A stretch of 64,000 bases of DNA from an uncultured Clostridia bacterium (lineage in GTDB: Bacteria > Bacillota > Clostridia > TANB77 > CAG-508): assembly GCA_963931445.1 (NCBI GenBank), contig OZ007016.1, forward strand, positions 129,546 through 193,545, read 5' to 3'. This document shows positions 54,944 to 64,000 of this stretch, one piece after another; the first letter of the stretch is position 1; each line of letters begins with the position of its first letter. Both the position numbers and the translations under genes were made by a program. The notes beneath the pieces are model-generated. The model did not search any database and was not told the origin of the DNA. It saw only the letters and a list, made by a program, of their open reading frames with translations.

Positions 54944-57127
54944 ATGGAAAAGATTATAAAAATTATTGCAGAAGAGTTAAATATTAAAGAAAAACAAGTA
55001 GAAGCAACTATAAATTTAATAGATGAAGGGAATACTATTCCATTTATTGCTCGTTACAGAAAAGAAGTAACAGGAGGTTTATCTGATGAAATATTAAGAG
55101 AGTTAGGAGAGAGACTTACATATTTAAGAAATTTGGAAAAGAGAAAAGAAGAAGTTTTAAAATCTATTGAAGAACAAGGAAAACTTACTGAAGAAATTTC
55201 TAAATCAGTGGTAGATGCTGTAACTTTGGCAGAAGTAGAAGATATATATAGACCATATAAACCTAAAAAAAAGACAAGAGCAACTATAGCAAAAGCAAAA
55301 GGTTTAGAACCACTAGCTAATATTATATTAGCACAAGAAGATACACAACCATTAGAATTAATTGCACAAAAATTTGTTACAAATGTGGAAAACACTACTT
55401 CAAAAGATAAAATTGTTGCAAATATTGAAGAAGCAATAGCAGGAGCATTAGATATAATTGCAGAAACAATTTCAGATAATCCTATATATAGAAAAAAGAT
55501 AAAGAGTATATGTTATAGAGAAGCTATAATAAATGTAAGGGCATCTGATTTAGAAGAAAAATCAAGTTATGAAATGTATTATGAATTTAATGAGAGTATA
55601 AAAACTCTTCCTAGTCATAGAATTTTAGCAATAAATAGAGGAGAAAAAGAAGGAATACTAAAAGTAAAAATAGATAAACCAGAAGACAAAATATTAAATT
55701 TAATACAAAAAGATATAATAAAAAGAAATACTCAGTTTGAAACATATTTAATAAGTTCTATACAAGATAGTTGGAAAAGATTAATAGAACCATCAATAGA
55801 TAGAGAAATTCGTTCAGATTTAACACAAAAAGCAGAAGAAAAAGCAATAAAAGTTTTTGGAAAAAATGCAAAACAACTTTTACTAGGAGCACCAATTAAA
55901 AATTTAACAGTTATTGGTTTTGATCCCGCATATAGGACAGGTTGTAAAATTGCTGTAATAGATGAAACAGGAAAGGTATTAGATACAACAACAATTTATC
56001 CAACACAACCACAAAACGATATTGAAAATTCTACAAAGATATTATTAGAATTAATAAATAAATATGATGTAAATATATTTGCAATTGGAAATGGTACAGC
56101 TTCAAGAGAATCAGAAATATTTGTAGCAGATGTAATAAAAAAAGCAAAACAGGAACTTAATAAAGATGTGCATTATGCAATTGTATCAGAAGCAGGGGCA
56201 TCTGTATATTCAGCATCAAAACTTGCGACAGAAGAATATCCAGATATAAATGTTTCATTAAGAGGTGCAATTTCAATAGCTAGAAGATTGCAAGATCCAT
56301 TAGCAGAACTTGTAAAAATAGAGCCTAAATCAATAGGAGTTGGTCAATATCAACATGATGTAGATCAAAAGAAATTATCAGAAAGTTTAACAGGAGTAGT
56401 AGAAGATGCAGTTAATAAAGTAGGAGTAGATATAAATACTGCAACACCATCACTTTTGCAATATATTTCTGGAATAAATAAAACTATTGCCAATAATATA
56501 GTAAAATATAGAGATGAAAATGGAAAAATAAAAGAAAGAAAAGAGTTATTAAAAGTTCCAAAATTAGGCAAAACTGCTTTTGAACAATGTGCAGGATTTA
56601 TTAGAATACCAGATGGTAAAAATCCACTAGAAATAACAGCTGTACATCCTGAAAGTTATGAAATTGCAGAAAAGATATTAGATAAAATAGGTTATAGTAA
56701 AGAAGAACTAAAAGATAAGGAAAAATTAAAGAAAATAAAAATGGAATTATTAAAAATAAATATAAGTGATACAGCAAAAGAATTAAAAATAGGAGAGATA
56801 ACTTTAAAAGATATAATAGATGAACTTTCAAAACCAGGGAGAGATCCTAGAGAAGACATGCCAAAAGCAGTATTAAGAGAAGATATTTTGAAATTTGAAG
56901 ACCTAAGAGAAGGACAAATATTAACAGGAACAGTAAGAAATGTAACAGATTTTGGAGCTTTTGTAGATGTGGGAATAAAACATGATGGATTAGTACATAT
57001 ATCAGAACTAAGTAATAGTTATGTTAAAAATCCTTCAGATATAGTATCTGTAGGTGATATAGTAAAAGTAAAAGTAATAGGAATTGATATGGATAAACAA
57101 AAGGTAAAATTATCAATGAAAATATAA
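54944..57127 (+). CDS. tex: transcription accessory protein Tex (YqgF/HhH/S1 domains)
   Basis: 727 aa with a C-terminal S1 domain (GQILTGTVRNVTDFGAFVDVG). Confidence 0.9.
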   Translation: MEKIIKIIAEELNIKEKQVEATINLIDEGNTIPFIARYRKEVTGGLSDEILRELGERLTYLRNLEKRKEEVLKSIEEQGKLTEEISKSVVDAVTLAEVEDIYRPYKPKKKTRATIAKAKGLEPLANIILAQEDTQPLELIAQKFVTNVENTTSKDKIVANIEEAIAGALDIIAETISDNPIYRKKIKSICYREAIINVRASDLEEKSSYEMYYEFNESIKTLPSHRILAINRGEKEGILKVKIDKPEDKILNLIQKDIIKRNTQFETYLISSIQDSWKRLIEPSIDREIRSDLTQKAEEKAIKVFGKNAKQLLLGAPIKNLTVIGFDPAYRTGCKIAVIDETGKVLDTTTIYPTQPQNDIENSTKILLELINKYDVNIFAIGNGTASRESEIFVADVIKKAKQELNKDVHYAIVSEAGASVYSASKLATEEYPDINVSLRGAISIARRLQDPLAELVKIEPKSIGVGQYQHDVDQKKLSESLTGVVEDAVNKVGVDINTATPSLLQYISGINKTIANNIVKYRDENGKIKERKELLKVPKLGKTAFEQCAGFIRIPDGKNPLEITAVHPESYEIAEKILDKIGYSKEELKDKEKLKKIKMELLKINISDTAKELKIGEITLKDIIDELSKPGRDPREDMPKAVLREDILKFEDLREGQILTGTVRNVTDFGAFVDVGIKHDGLVHISELSNSYVKNPSDIVSVGDIVKVKVIGIDMDKQKVKLSMKI

Positions 57128-57146
57128 TTTTATAAAGGAGAAAATA

Positions 57147-58925
57147 ATGGAGTATATATACATGTTATCTAATGTACTTTTAATTATATCTGCAATATTG
57201 ATAAAAAAGAAGAATAAAAAAATGAATTTTTTTTCAACTACTATAGTAATCATTATAGCATATTTATGTTATAACACAATTATTGCTTATTTATTGAATA
57301 TAATTGGAATAAAAATAAATTTAACAAGCATGAGTATTACAAACATTTTAGTAAGTATAATTATATGGGGAGTACAAATAGTAAAATTAAAAAGAGTAGA
57401 AATTCAAAAATATTATATAAATTTAAAAGAAATTTTTATAATTATATTAATATTAATAATAAATATACCCATATTATATAAAGAATTTGGAATATTTGAT
57501 AATTTTAGATTTATATCAACAGATGCAACTATGCATGCAGGAGTTGCCAAAGAATTTTACAAAACCCAACGATTAGTAACATCTTTAGATGGAATACAAG
57601 CAGTAAATCCAACATTTCTTATTGGAGGCTATGTTAATTTAGGAATGATATTGCAAACTTTTCTACCTATAGTTGGAGAGTTTCAAGTATATAGAATATA
57701 TATTATATTTGATATTTTCGTATATTTATTAACAGGAGTGATGTTCTATTATTTATTAGAAAAATATATTAATAATCACATTGGAAAACAGATTATAGCA
57801 ATAATTTTAACTATTATATATATGTTAGGATACCCACTAAATTCATTAATTACAGGATTTCATTATTTTTCTTTGGGAATACTACAAATACTTTGCATTA
57901 TTTTTATATTAAGAGAATATGAAAATAATAAAATTACACTATTATTTTTGCTGAATGCAGGTTTATTATTAACATACAATTTATTTGCACCAGTAATGTA
58001 TATAATAGAATTACTTGTGATTATAATGTACAATAAAAAGGAAAAAGGAAAAATATTAAATAAGAAATCGATAATAAATATAATTATTTCACTAGTTATA
58101 CCTGGAATAATAGGAATATGTTTTTTTATAATTCCAAGAATATTACAAAATATTGATTTAAGTAGTTCACAAAACTTAAATGTTGATGGATATATATATA
58201 TAAATTACATAACAAATATTATAATTTTTATACCATTCGCATTATATGTAACTTATATACAAATAAAAAATAAAGTGTATTCTATAGAGATGATATCATT
58301 TTGGAGTATGACTTTTTTTACATCTTTATTTTTATTAGGAAACACATTAGGAAAAATTTCAACATATTACTATATGAAAAATTATTATGTATTAGTAGCC
58401 TTTGTATTGTTAGTATTTTTTCAAGCAATTTGTTATTTAATAGATAAAAGTAAATTAATAAGGATGTTTGTATATATATTTATAGGTACATATATTATAT
58501 TAATAATATATAATTTAGTTTTTATAAATATTAGTGCATATAATTTTATAGAAAATCCAGATAAATCTATAATAGACATTTATAATAGTAACAAAGCCAT
58601 TATGAAATATATACAGGTTCTATTTCCAAAAGAGAGATTAGAAGCATTAGAATATATTGACAAAAATAATTGCATAAATAATCAAAACATATTACTTATT
58701 TCTAATCATATTGATGAACATTTATTACAATTATTCTTTAACTATCAAAATAGAGGTAATCTAGAACTAAATAATATAAATCAAGAAATTGAAAAATGGA
58801 ATAATGGAAATTACGAATACCTAATAATTTTTCAAAAGGGATATTTTTTAAATAAATATAAAGATATAGAACAAAGAAATATAATATTTGACAAAGGTGA
58901 TGTTTTAATATTAAAAAATGAATAA
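57147..58925 (+). CDS. large polytopic membrane protein with a C-terminal soluble domain (possible GT-C-type glycosyltransferase/YfhO-like)
   Basis: About 12 predicted TM segments followed by a roughly 130-aa hydrophilic tail. No motif I can name. Confidence 0.3.
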   Translation: MEYIYMLSNVLLIISAILIKKKNKKMNFFSTTIVIIIAYLCYNTIIAYLLNIIGIKINLTSMSITNILVSIIIWGVQIVKLKRVEIQKYYINLKEIFIIILILIINIPILYKEFGIFDNFRFISTDATMHAGVAKEFYKTQRLVTSLDGIQAVNPTFLIGGYVNLGMILQTFLPIVGEFQVYRIYIIFDIFVYLLTGVMFYYLLEKYINNHIGKQIIAIILTIIYMLGYPLNSLITGFHYFSLGILQILCIIFILREYENNKITLLFLLNAGLLLTYNLFAPVMYIIELLVIIMYNKKEKGKILNKKSIINIIISLVIPGIIGICFFIIPRILQNIDLSSSQNLNVDGYIYINYITNIIIFIPFALYVTYIQIKNKVYSIEMISFWSMTFFTSLFLLGNTLGKISTYYYMKNYYVLVAFVLLVFFQAICYLIDKSKLIRMFVYIFIGTYIILIIYNLVFINISAYNFIENPDKSIIDIYNSNKAIMKYIQVLFPKERLEALEYIDKNNCINNQNILLISNHIDEHLLQLFFNYQNRGNLELNNINQEIEKWNNGNYEYLIIFQKGYFLNKYKDIEQRNIIFDKGDVLILKNE

Positions 58926-58953
58926 TAAGCTAGATAACTTTCTAGCTTATTAT

Positions 58954-60010
58954 TTAAGATAAATATTTATTTTGAATTTCTTGGATTTTATCATATTCAT
59001 TATCAATAATTTCTAAAAATAATCTTCCTAATTCTGGATCAAACTGTGTTCCAAGATTTTTTTCTATTTCAGATCTAACTATTCCAATGTCTAAGGAATC
59101 TCTATAAGTTCTTTTAGATGTCATCGCATCAAAAGCATCTGCTATAGCAGAAATTCTAGCAAAATATGGAATATCTTCACCTTTTAATTGTCCGAGGATA
59201 TCCTCTACCATCATATCTTTCATGATGATGTTTTACTATTGGAATAATATCTCTAAAAACTTCAGCATTACAAAGTATATGAGCTCCAATAGAAGGATGA
59301 TTTTTAATTTGAGAATATTCATTATCTGTAAGTTTAGCTTCTTTTAGTAAAATACTATCAGGAATACCTATTTTACCAATATCATGGAATAACCCACCTA
59401 TTTGTAATGTTTTAATATCACTATCAGGTAAATTTAATTTTTTACCAATTAAAACAGAATACTCTGCAACTCTATCAGAATGTCCTCTTGTGTACGGATC
59501 TTTTGCTTCAACTGTGTATCTTAAAGTTTGAATACTATCTAAGTAAGCTTTTTCTAATTTTTCATATGTTTCTGAAAGTTCTATATTTATTCTTTTTATT
59601 TCATTCATTTGTGCAATTGATTTAATTCCTGACTCTATAAGTAGTAAAAGCTGATCAAATTTATCACTTTTTTCACAATAACCTTGAATATCCAATTTTC
59701 TTATGGTTTCAAGAGGTGGAGCTAAATCTTTATGTCCAGTAAGTAATAGTATGTATAAATCTTTATTAAATTTACGAATTTCTTCTACTACCTTATCTCC
59801 ATGAATTGGATCCATTATAAAGTCCAGTATCATTAAATCAAAGTGTTCATTCCTTACTTTTTCAATTGCTTCTAGTGGATTTGTAACACCAGTAAATTCA
59901 TAACCAGATCTTTTTAAAAAGATGGAAAGTGAATCTACAATGCCTTCTTCATCATCAACAGCAATGATTTTATAACCATTAGAATTAGCAATAAATTCAT
60001 TTTTTCTCAT
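58954..60010 (-). pseudogene. response regulator with HD-GYP phosphodiesterase domain (RpfG-like), interrupted by a 1-nt frameshift near 59185-59195
   Basis: REC domain (IIAVDDEEG...DLMILD). HD-GYP motifs HDIGK and HHERYDGRGYP end the 277-aa ORF. The next frame continues GQLKGEDIPYFARISAIADAFDAMTS. Confidence 0.7.
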
Positions 60011-60167
60011 AATATCACCTTTTCTTCAAGATATACCTAATTATATAAATTGTTTAATAAAAAATCAATAGGATTTTTAGAAAAAAATCAAAAGTGGTTA
60101 ACATTTACTAAAAATTTGCCTTTAATTTATCGAATAGAATAAATTAAAGGCAAAACTATTTATAGAA

Positions 60168-62180
60168 CTAATTATTTTCAATAGGAAGAATTATATTAAA
60201 AGTAGTACCTTTTCCTTCTTCACTATTAAATGTTATACTTCCATTAAAGTGAGCTCTTATAGTAGAATAAGACATGAATAATCCAAGACCTGTTCCGTTT
60301 TTTCCTTTTGTTGTTATCATTTCTTTAAATAATTTTTGTTTAACTTCCTGAGGTAAACCAGAACCATAATCTTTTATAGATATAATAATATTAGAATTAT
60401 CTTTATTAATTATTAAATCTATTACTTGATTAGGAGTTCCATTATATGACTGGATGCTATTAGAAATCATATTATTTATTACTTGAACTAAACTAGTTAT
60501 ATCTCCATTTAGAGTTGTAGTTTTATCTACATTTAATATAACATTTAAAGTAATTAAAGCATTTTTTAATTCATGTTTCATTAAAATATTTACTCTTTTT
60601 ACAAGTTCGTCAATATCAAAAGAAGTAGCCTCATTTTCAGATAATGTAACAGCTTGACCTTTAACAGCAGTAATTACATCAGACATATATTCAGAATAAG
60701 ATTTAATTTTACTTACCCACTCTGCCATGTCTTTTGCAATTGCATGGTGGTCATCATTTGTAACTTCAGAATCTCCTATAGAAGAATCATATTCATGAAT
60801 TAAATCAGTTAAACCTTCAGCAGCACCGGATATTGACATTATTGGGGTTTTTAGGTTATGAGCAATACCACCGATTAATTGTCCAAGTGAAGCTAAACGT
60901 TCTTTTTCCATAAGCATGTTTTGGTTATCATGAATTTGATTAAGGTGCTTTAGAGTTAAAGATTGTATTTTATTATATGCAATTATTAATCTTCCAATTT
61001 CATCTACAGAAGTAACATATAATAATTTACCAGTAAATTGAGATTCATTGCTAATTGATTCAAGGGAATTAGCAACTGTTTTTACATTTTTTGATAATTC
61101 ATTTGCAAAAGCATATAATATAAGAAAACATAGAGTAGTAAGAATTATTAAAATTGAAATTATATAAGTTGTAGTTTCTTGTGAATATATTTCATAGTGC
61201 ACACCTAAATAATAAGTTTGACCATTTACATCTACTGGATATAAAAGCCCTTGAGCTGATGTACCATAATAATCATATATCATCATATTATTATCAATAG
61301 AAAGTTCTTTAGCATACTTTATAAAAAAATCACTTAATTCTCCAGTTTGCTTAATAATATTAATATTAGAATCTGCAATAAATAAAATATGTGTATTAGA
61401 ATATAAATTTATATTATTAATGGAATTAACTAATTCATCAATATTATTAATAGAAGAAACTGAAAAATTTGCAAATTGGTTTTTATAATGTTCTTTAAGC
61501 ATTTCTCCGTTAATTTTTTCATATATTGATGAAATTGCCAAATATGTAAAAACGATACAAACAGCCATGATAGGAACAATTTGCATAAGTAATCTTTTTT
61601 TTATGCTCATTTCTTTTAATGAACAAGTAGAAATATTTTCTAAATCAATTAAAACTTTTGATAAAAGTTTTCTTATATATATATTTGTAATAGAAATAGT
61701 TAGTGTAGATAATATAAATATAACTAATACTAATTTAAAATCTGATGAAGTTATAAAAGATGTTTGCATAAATAAAACAATAAATGCACAAATCAAAGGT
61801 ACAATAATAAAAAGATTTAATATTGCATTAGGTAAATTTAAGCAAAGTTTTTTTATATTAAATAATGTTTTTTCATAAGTGTTGTCAATTTTATATTTGT
61901 AATTATATATTTGATAATTATCTAAATCTCTAAGCGATACAAATAGTATTGCTGACACAATAGCTATAAGAGCAGAAATTACAAGAATAATTTGTTGATA
62001 ATAGTAAAGTCCAGCAGAAACTTCTTTATCGAATTCAGTATTAATTGTGCCAGGACCATAATTAAGTAAATTTGGAATAACAAGATAAAAAATAACTCCA
62101 GCAATTGAAATAGCTATTGCATATGTTAGAATAATTTTAATTCTCATATGTACTTTTTGTGGTTTTTCAAAAATTTCCAT
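60168..62180 (-). CDS. membrane sensor histidine kinase
   Basis: N-terminal TM/sensor region. HisKA H-box LGQLIGGIAHNLKTP. HATPase G-boxes (DYGSGLP, GTGLGL). Confidence 0.85.
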   Translation of the reverse strand: MEIFEKPQKVHMRIKIILTYAIAISIAGVIFYLVIPNLLNYGPGTINTEFDKEVSAGLYYYQQIILVISALIAIVSAILFVSLRDLDNYQIYNYKYKIDNTYEKTLFNIKKLCLNLPNAILNLFIIVPLICAFIVLFMQTSFITSSDFKLVLVIFILSTLTISITNIYIRKLLSKVLIDLENISTCSLKEMSIKKRLLMQIVPIMAVCIVFTYLAISSIYEKINGEMLKEHYKNQFANFSVSSINNIDELVNSINNINLYSNTHILFIADSNINIIKQTGELSDFFIKYAKELSIDNNMMIYDYYGTSAQGLLYPVDVNGQTYYLGVHYEIYSQETTTYIISILIILTTLCFLILYAFANELSKNVKTVANSLESISNESQFTGKLLYVTSVDEIGRLIIAYNKIQSLTLKHLNQIHDNQNMLMEKERLASLGQLIGGIAHNLKTPIMSISGAAEGLTDLIHEYDSSIGDSEVTNDDHHAIAKDMAEWVSKIKSYSEYMSDVITAVKGQAVTLSENEATSFDIDELVKRVNILMKHELKNALITLNVILNVDKTTTLNGDITSLVQVINNMISNSIQSYNGTPNQVIDLIINKDNSNIIISIKDYGSGLPQEVKQKLFKEMITTKGKNGTGLGLFMSYSTIRAHFNGSITFNSEEGKGTTFNIILPIENN

Positions 62181-62220
62181 TTTAAATTAAGATGACTATA
62201 ATATCATCTAACCCCTTTCT

Positions 62221-64000
62221 TTAATAATTTAAATCTTCTAAAAAATTCATTTTACTAAAAAATCTAATTAAATATTCTGAATCTATATTATTCCATAAAA
62301 ATCCAATTTTTTCAAGATAATTATTAGTAATATCATATTTAATTTTTATTCCAGAAGTGTAATTTATTTTTTTGTCTTTACTAATATCTGATATTATAAA
62401 AGAAAGAGCTTTTTGATTTTCAGGAAGATATAGTTTCTTAATAAATTCATCATTAGGTATTAAATTACAAGGTATATTCATTTTTTGGTATAAGTCTAAA
62501 AGTATATTAATATTAATTAATTTATTAGTTAATATATGAAAGATTTTATTATACAATTTAGGAATTGATAATAAATTTACTATCGCAAGAGAAGCATCAT
62601 CAATAGGTGTAAATTCTAAATATTGTTCTTTTAATGTATCAGGCAAACAACCAATTTTAGCTAGAGCTAATAATCTACAGTAATATGCATTATCAAGTTT
62701 GTTTTTTTGAAATTGTCCATCAGAATATCTTGCCATTAAATTACCTAATCTAAAAATATTTGCTTTAAGTCCTTCATGTTCTGCTTCTAAAATAAGTCTT
62801 TCTGCCTCAAATTTACTATATACATATAAATTATCTTCATAATTTTGTCCAATATAAAAACTGTTTTCATCATAATCACAACTCAAATTATTTGTAACTA
62901 GGAAATTTCCACTAACAGAAGTTGTTGAAATGTGATTTAGAATAATATTAGTATTGTTACAAAATTTAATAAGATTTTGAACAGTTTTAATATTTTCTTT
63001 ATAAAATATATTTGAAGAACCATAATGTTTAGTAATAGCAGCAGTATTTATAATACAATCAATTTTAGATTTTAATTCAAGGTAATTTAAATCAGATAAG
63101 TTAAAATTGTCAAAAGCCAAATCACCAGATACTACTAAAATTCTATTTTGATATGCAATATAAAAAGTCTTTCCAAAATAATAATCCAAAATTTTTATTA
63201 ATCGCTTTTTAGGAGATGAATTATTTTTCTCTCTTATTATACAATATATAGTACAATTAGTATTTTTTATTAATTGATATAGAACATGAGCACCTAAGAA
63301 ACCTGTACTACCTGTTAAAAGAACATTTTTATAAGAAAAGTTCAACATGTCTTTTGAAAGATTATTTTGCATTTCAGTTTTATAAGGAGATACTATTTTT
63401 TTATTATAATTATTTTTACAGTGTTCTCTAGTAGAAAGGTAATTTGCTAATTCTCTAACCGAAGGATATTTATAAAAGTGCTGTGTGTCTAAATTTATAT
63501 TTTCTGCAAATAATTTAGAACTAATGCTTAATATATTTAATGAGTCTGCTGAGCCATCAATAAATAAATCATCCTCGACTCCAAAATCTGTTTTATTTAA
63601 AACTTCTTTACATACATTTAAAATCTTTTTTTCTATTTCATTTTTAGGCTTTGAATAAGATTTTTTGTAAGTAGTAGGTAAAGGAAGTTGTTTATTATCT
63701 ATTTTTCCATTAGGAGTTAAAGGAAATTTATCTATTTGCATAATTGTAGGAATCATATAATATGGCAATTTTTCTCTTAATGTGGTGTAAATTTGATTTA
63801 TATCTAAATTATTGTCTTGAGAAATAATATAAGCCATAAGAATACTCTTACCATCAGATTGATTTTTAATAACTGCATAGACATCTTTTATTAAAGAGTT
63901 TTCTAAAATAACATTTTCTATTTCCTTTAGTTCTATACGAAATCCATGTAATTTTATTTGATTATCTTTTCTTCCAATAAATTCTAAAAGCCCATTATAA
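62221..64000 (-). CDS. NRPS-like adenylation-thiolation-reductase (A-T-R) enzyme, 5'-truncated by the window end (C-terminal >590 aa present)
   Basis: A8/A10 adenylation motifs GRKDNQIKLHGFRIELKEIE (rc of about 63870-63930) and PLTPNGKIDNKQLP. Carrier-protein Ser region. Thioester-reductase NAD(P) motif LLTGSTGFLGAHVL. Confidence 0.7.
   Translation of the reverse strand, partial: YNGLLEFIGRKDNQIKLHGFRIELKEIENVILENSLIKDVYAVIKNQSDGKSILMAYIISQDNNLDINQIYTTLREKLPYYMIPTIMQIDKFPLTPNGKIDNKQLPLPTTYKKSYSKPKNEIEKKILNVCKEVLNKTDFGVEDDLFIDGSADSLNILSISSKLFAENINLDTQHFYKYPSVRELANYLSTREHCKNNYNKKIVSPYKTEMQNNLSKDMLNFSYKNVLLTGSTGFLGAHVLYQLIKNTNCTIYCIIREKNNSSPKKRLIKILDYYFGKTFYIAYQNRILVVSGDLAFDNFNLSDLNYLELKSKIDCIINTAAITKHYGSSNIFYKENIKTVQNLIKFCNNTNIILNHISTTSVSGNFLVTNNLSCDYDENSFYIGQNYEDNLYVYSKFEAERLILEAEHEGLKANIFRLGNLMARYSDGQFQKNKLDNAYYCRLLALAKIGCLPDTLKEQYLEFTPIDDASLAIVNLLSIPKLYNKIFHILTNKLININILLDLYQKMNIPCNLIPNDEFIKKLYLPENQKALSFIISDISKDKKINYTSGIKIKYDITNNYLEKIGFLWNNIDSEYLIRFFSKMNFLEDLNY

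Overview
This window is the replication-origin region of a very AT-rich (about 25-28 % GC) clostridial-type Firmicute chromosome. It carries the core origin gene set: rlmH, spmB/spmA, abrB, rsmI, a yabB-like methyltransferase, rsmG, mnmG, mnmE, jag, yidC, yidD, rnpA, rpmH, dnaA, dnaN, recF, remB, gyrB and gyrA, with parA/soj, parB/spo0J and a DUF4446 gene nearby. Several accessory insertions interrupt this core. (1) Degenerate conjugative-element (T4SS) genes sit on both sides of gyrA. A split VirB4-like ATPase, a CpaE/ParA-like ATPase and a hypothetical gene lie between gyrB and gyrA, which are normally adjacent. DnaC-like and DnaD-like replication genes, VirB3-like and VirB6-like membrane genes and a VirD4-like coupling protein lie downstream of gyrA. 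Three of these genes have intact long ORFs with no in-frame ATG/GTG/TTG, but each has ATA or ATT at ideal spacing from a strong Shine-Dalgarno. (2) An island at about 10.9-16.8 kb is bounded by two blocks of an extremely AT-rich ~730-bp macro-repeat. It holds a guanylate-kinase-like P-loop gene, a frameshifted APH-family phosphotransferase, two tRNA-Ser genes and an IS element flanked by perfect 27-bp direct repeats. (3) A ~140-nt structured intergenic repeat family has four copies with compensatory base changes in a conserved hairpin. (4) oriC is bipartite, with DnaA boxes on both sides of dnaA and a (CTA)6 DnaA-trio plus an AT-rich unwinding element just before dnaN. The rest is largely ordinary: a 1450-aa fused activase/dehydratase-like protein, a KilA-N gene, tRNA Lys-Glu-Thr and tRNA-Lys(CTT), an SDR reductase, an XRE/S24 repressor, vanW, corA, an ABC-F ATPase, tex, a frameshifted HD-GYP response regulator with its histidine kinase, and the 3' part of an NRPS-like A-T-R reductase that runs off the window.
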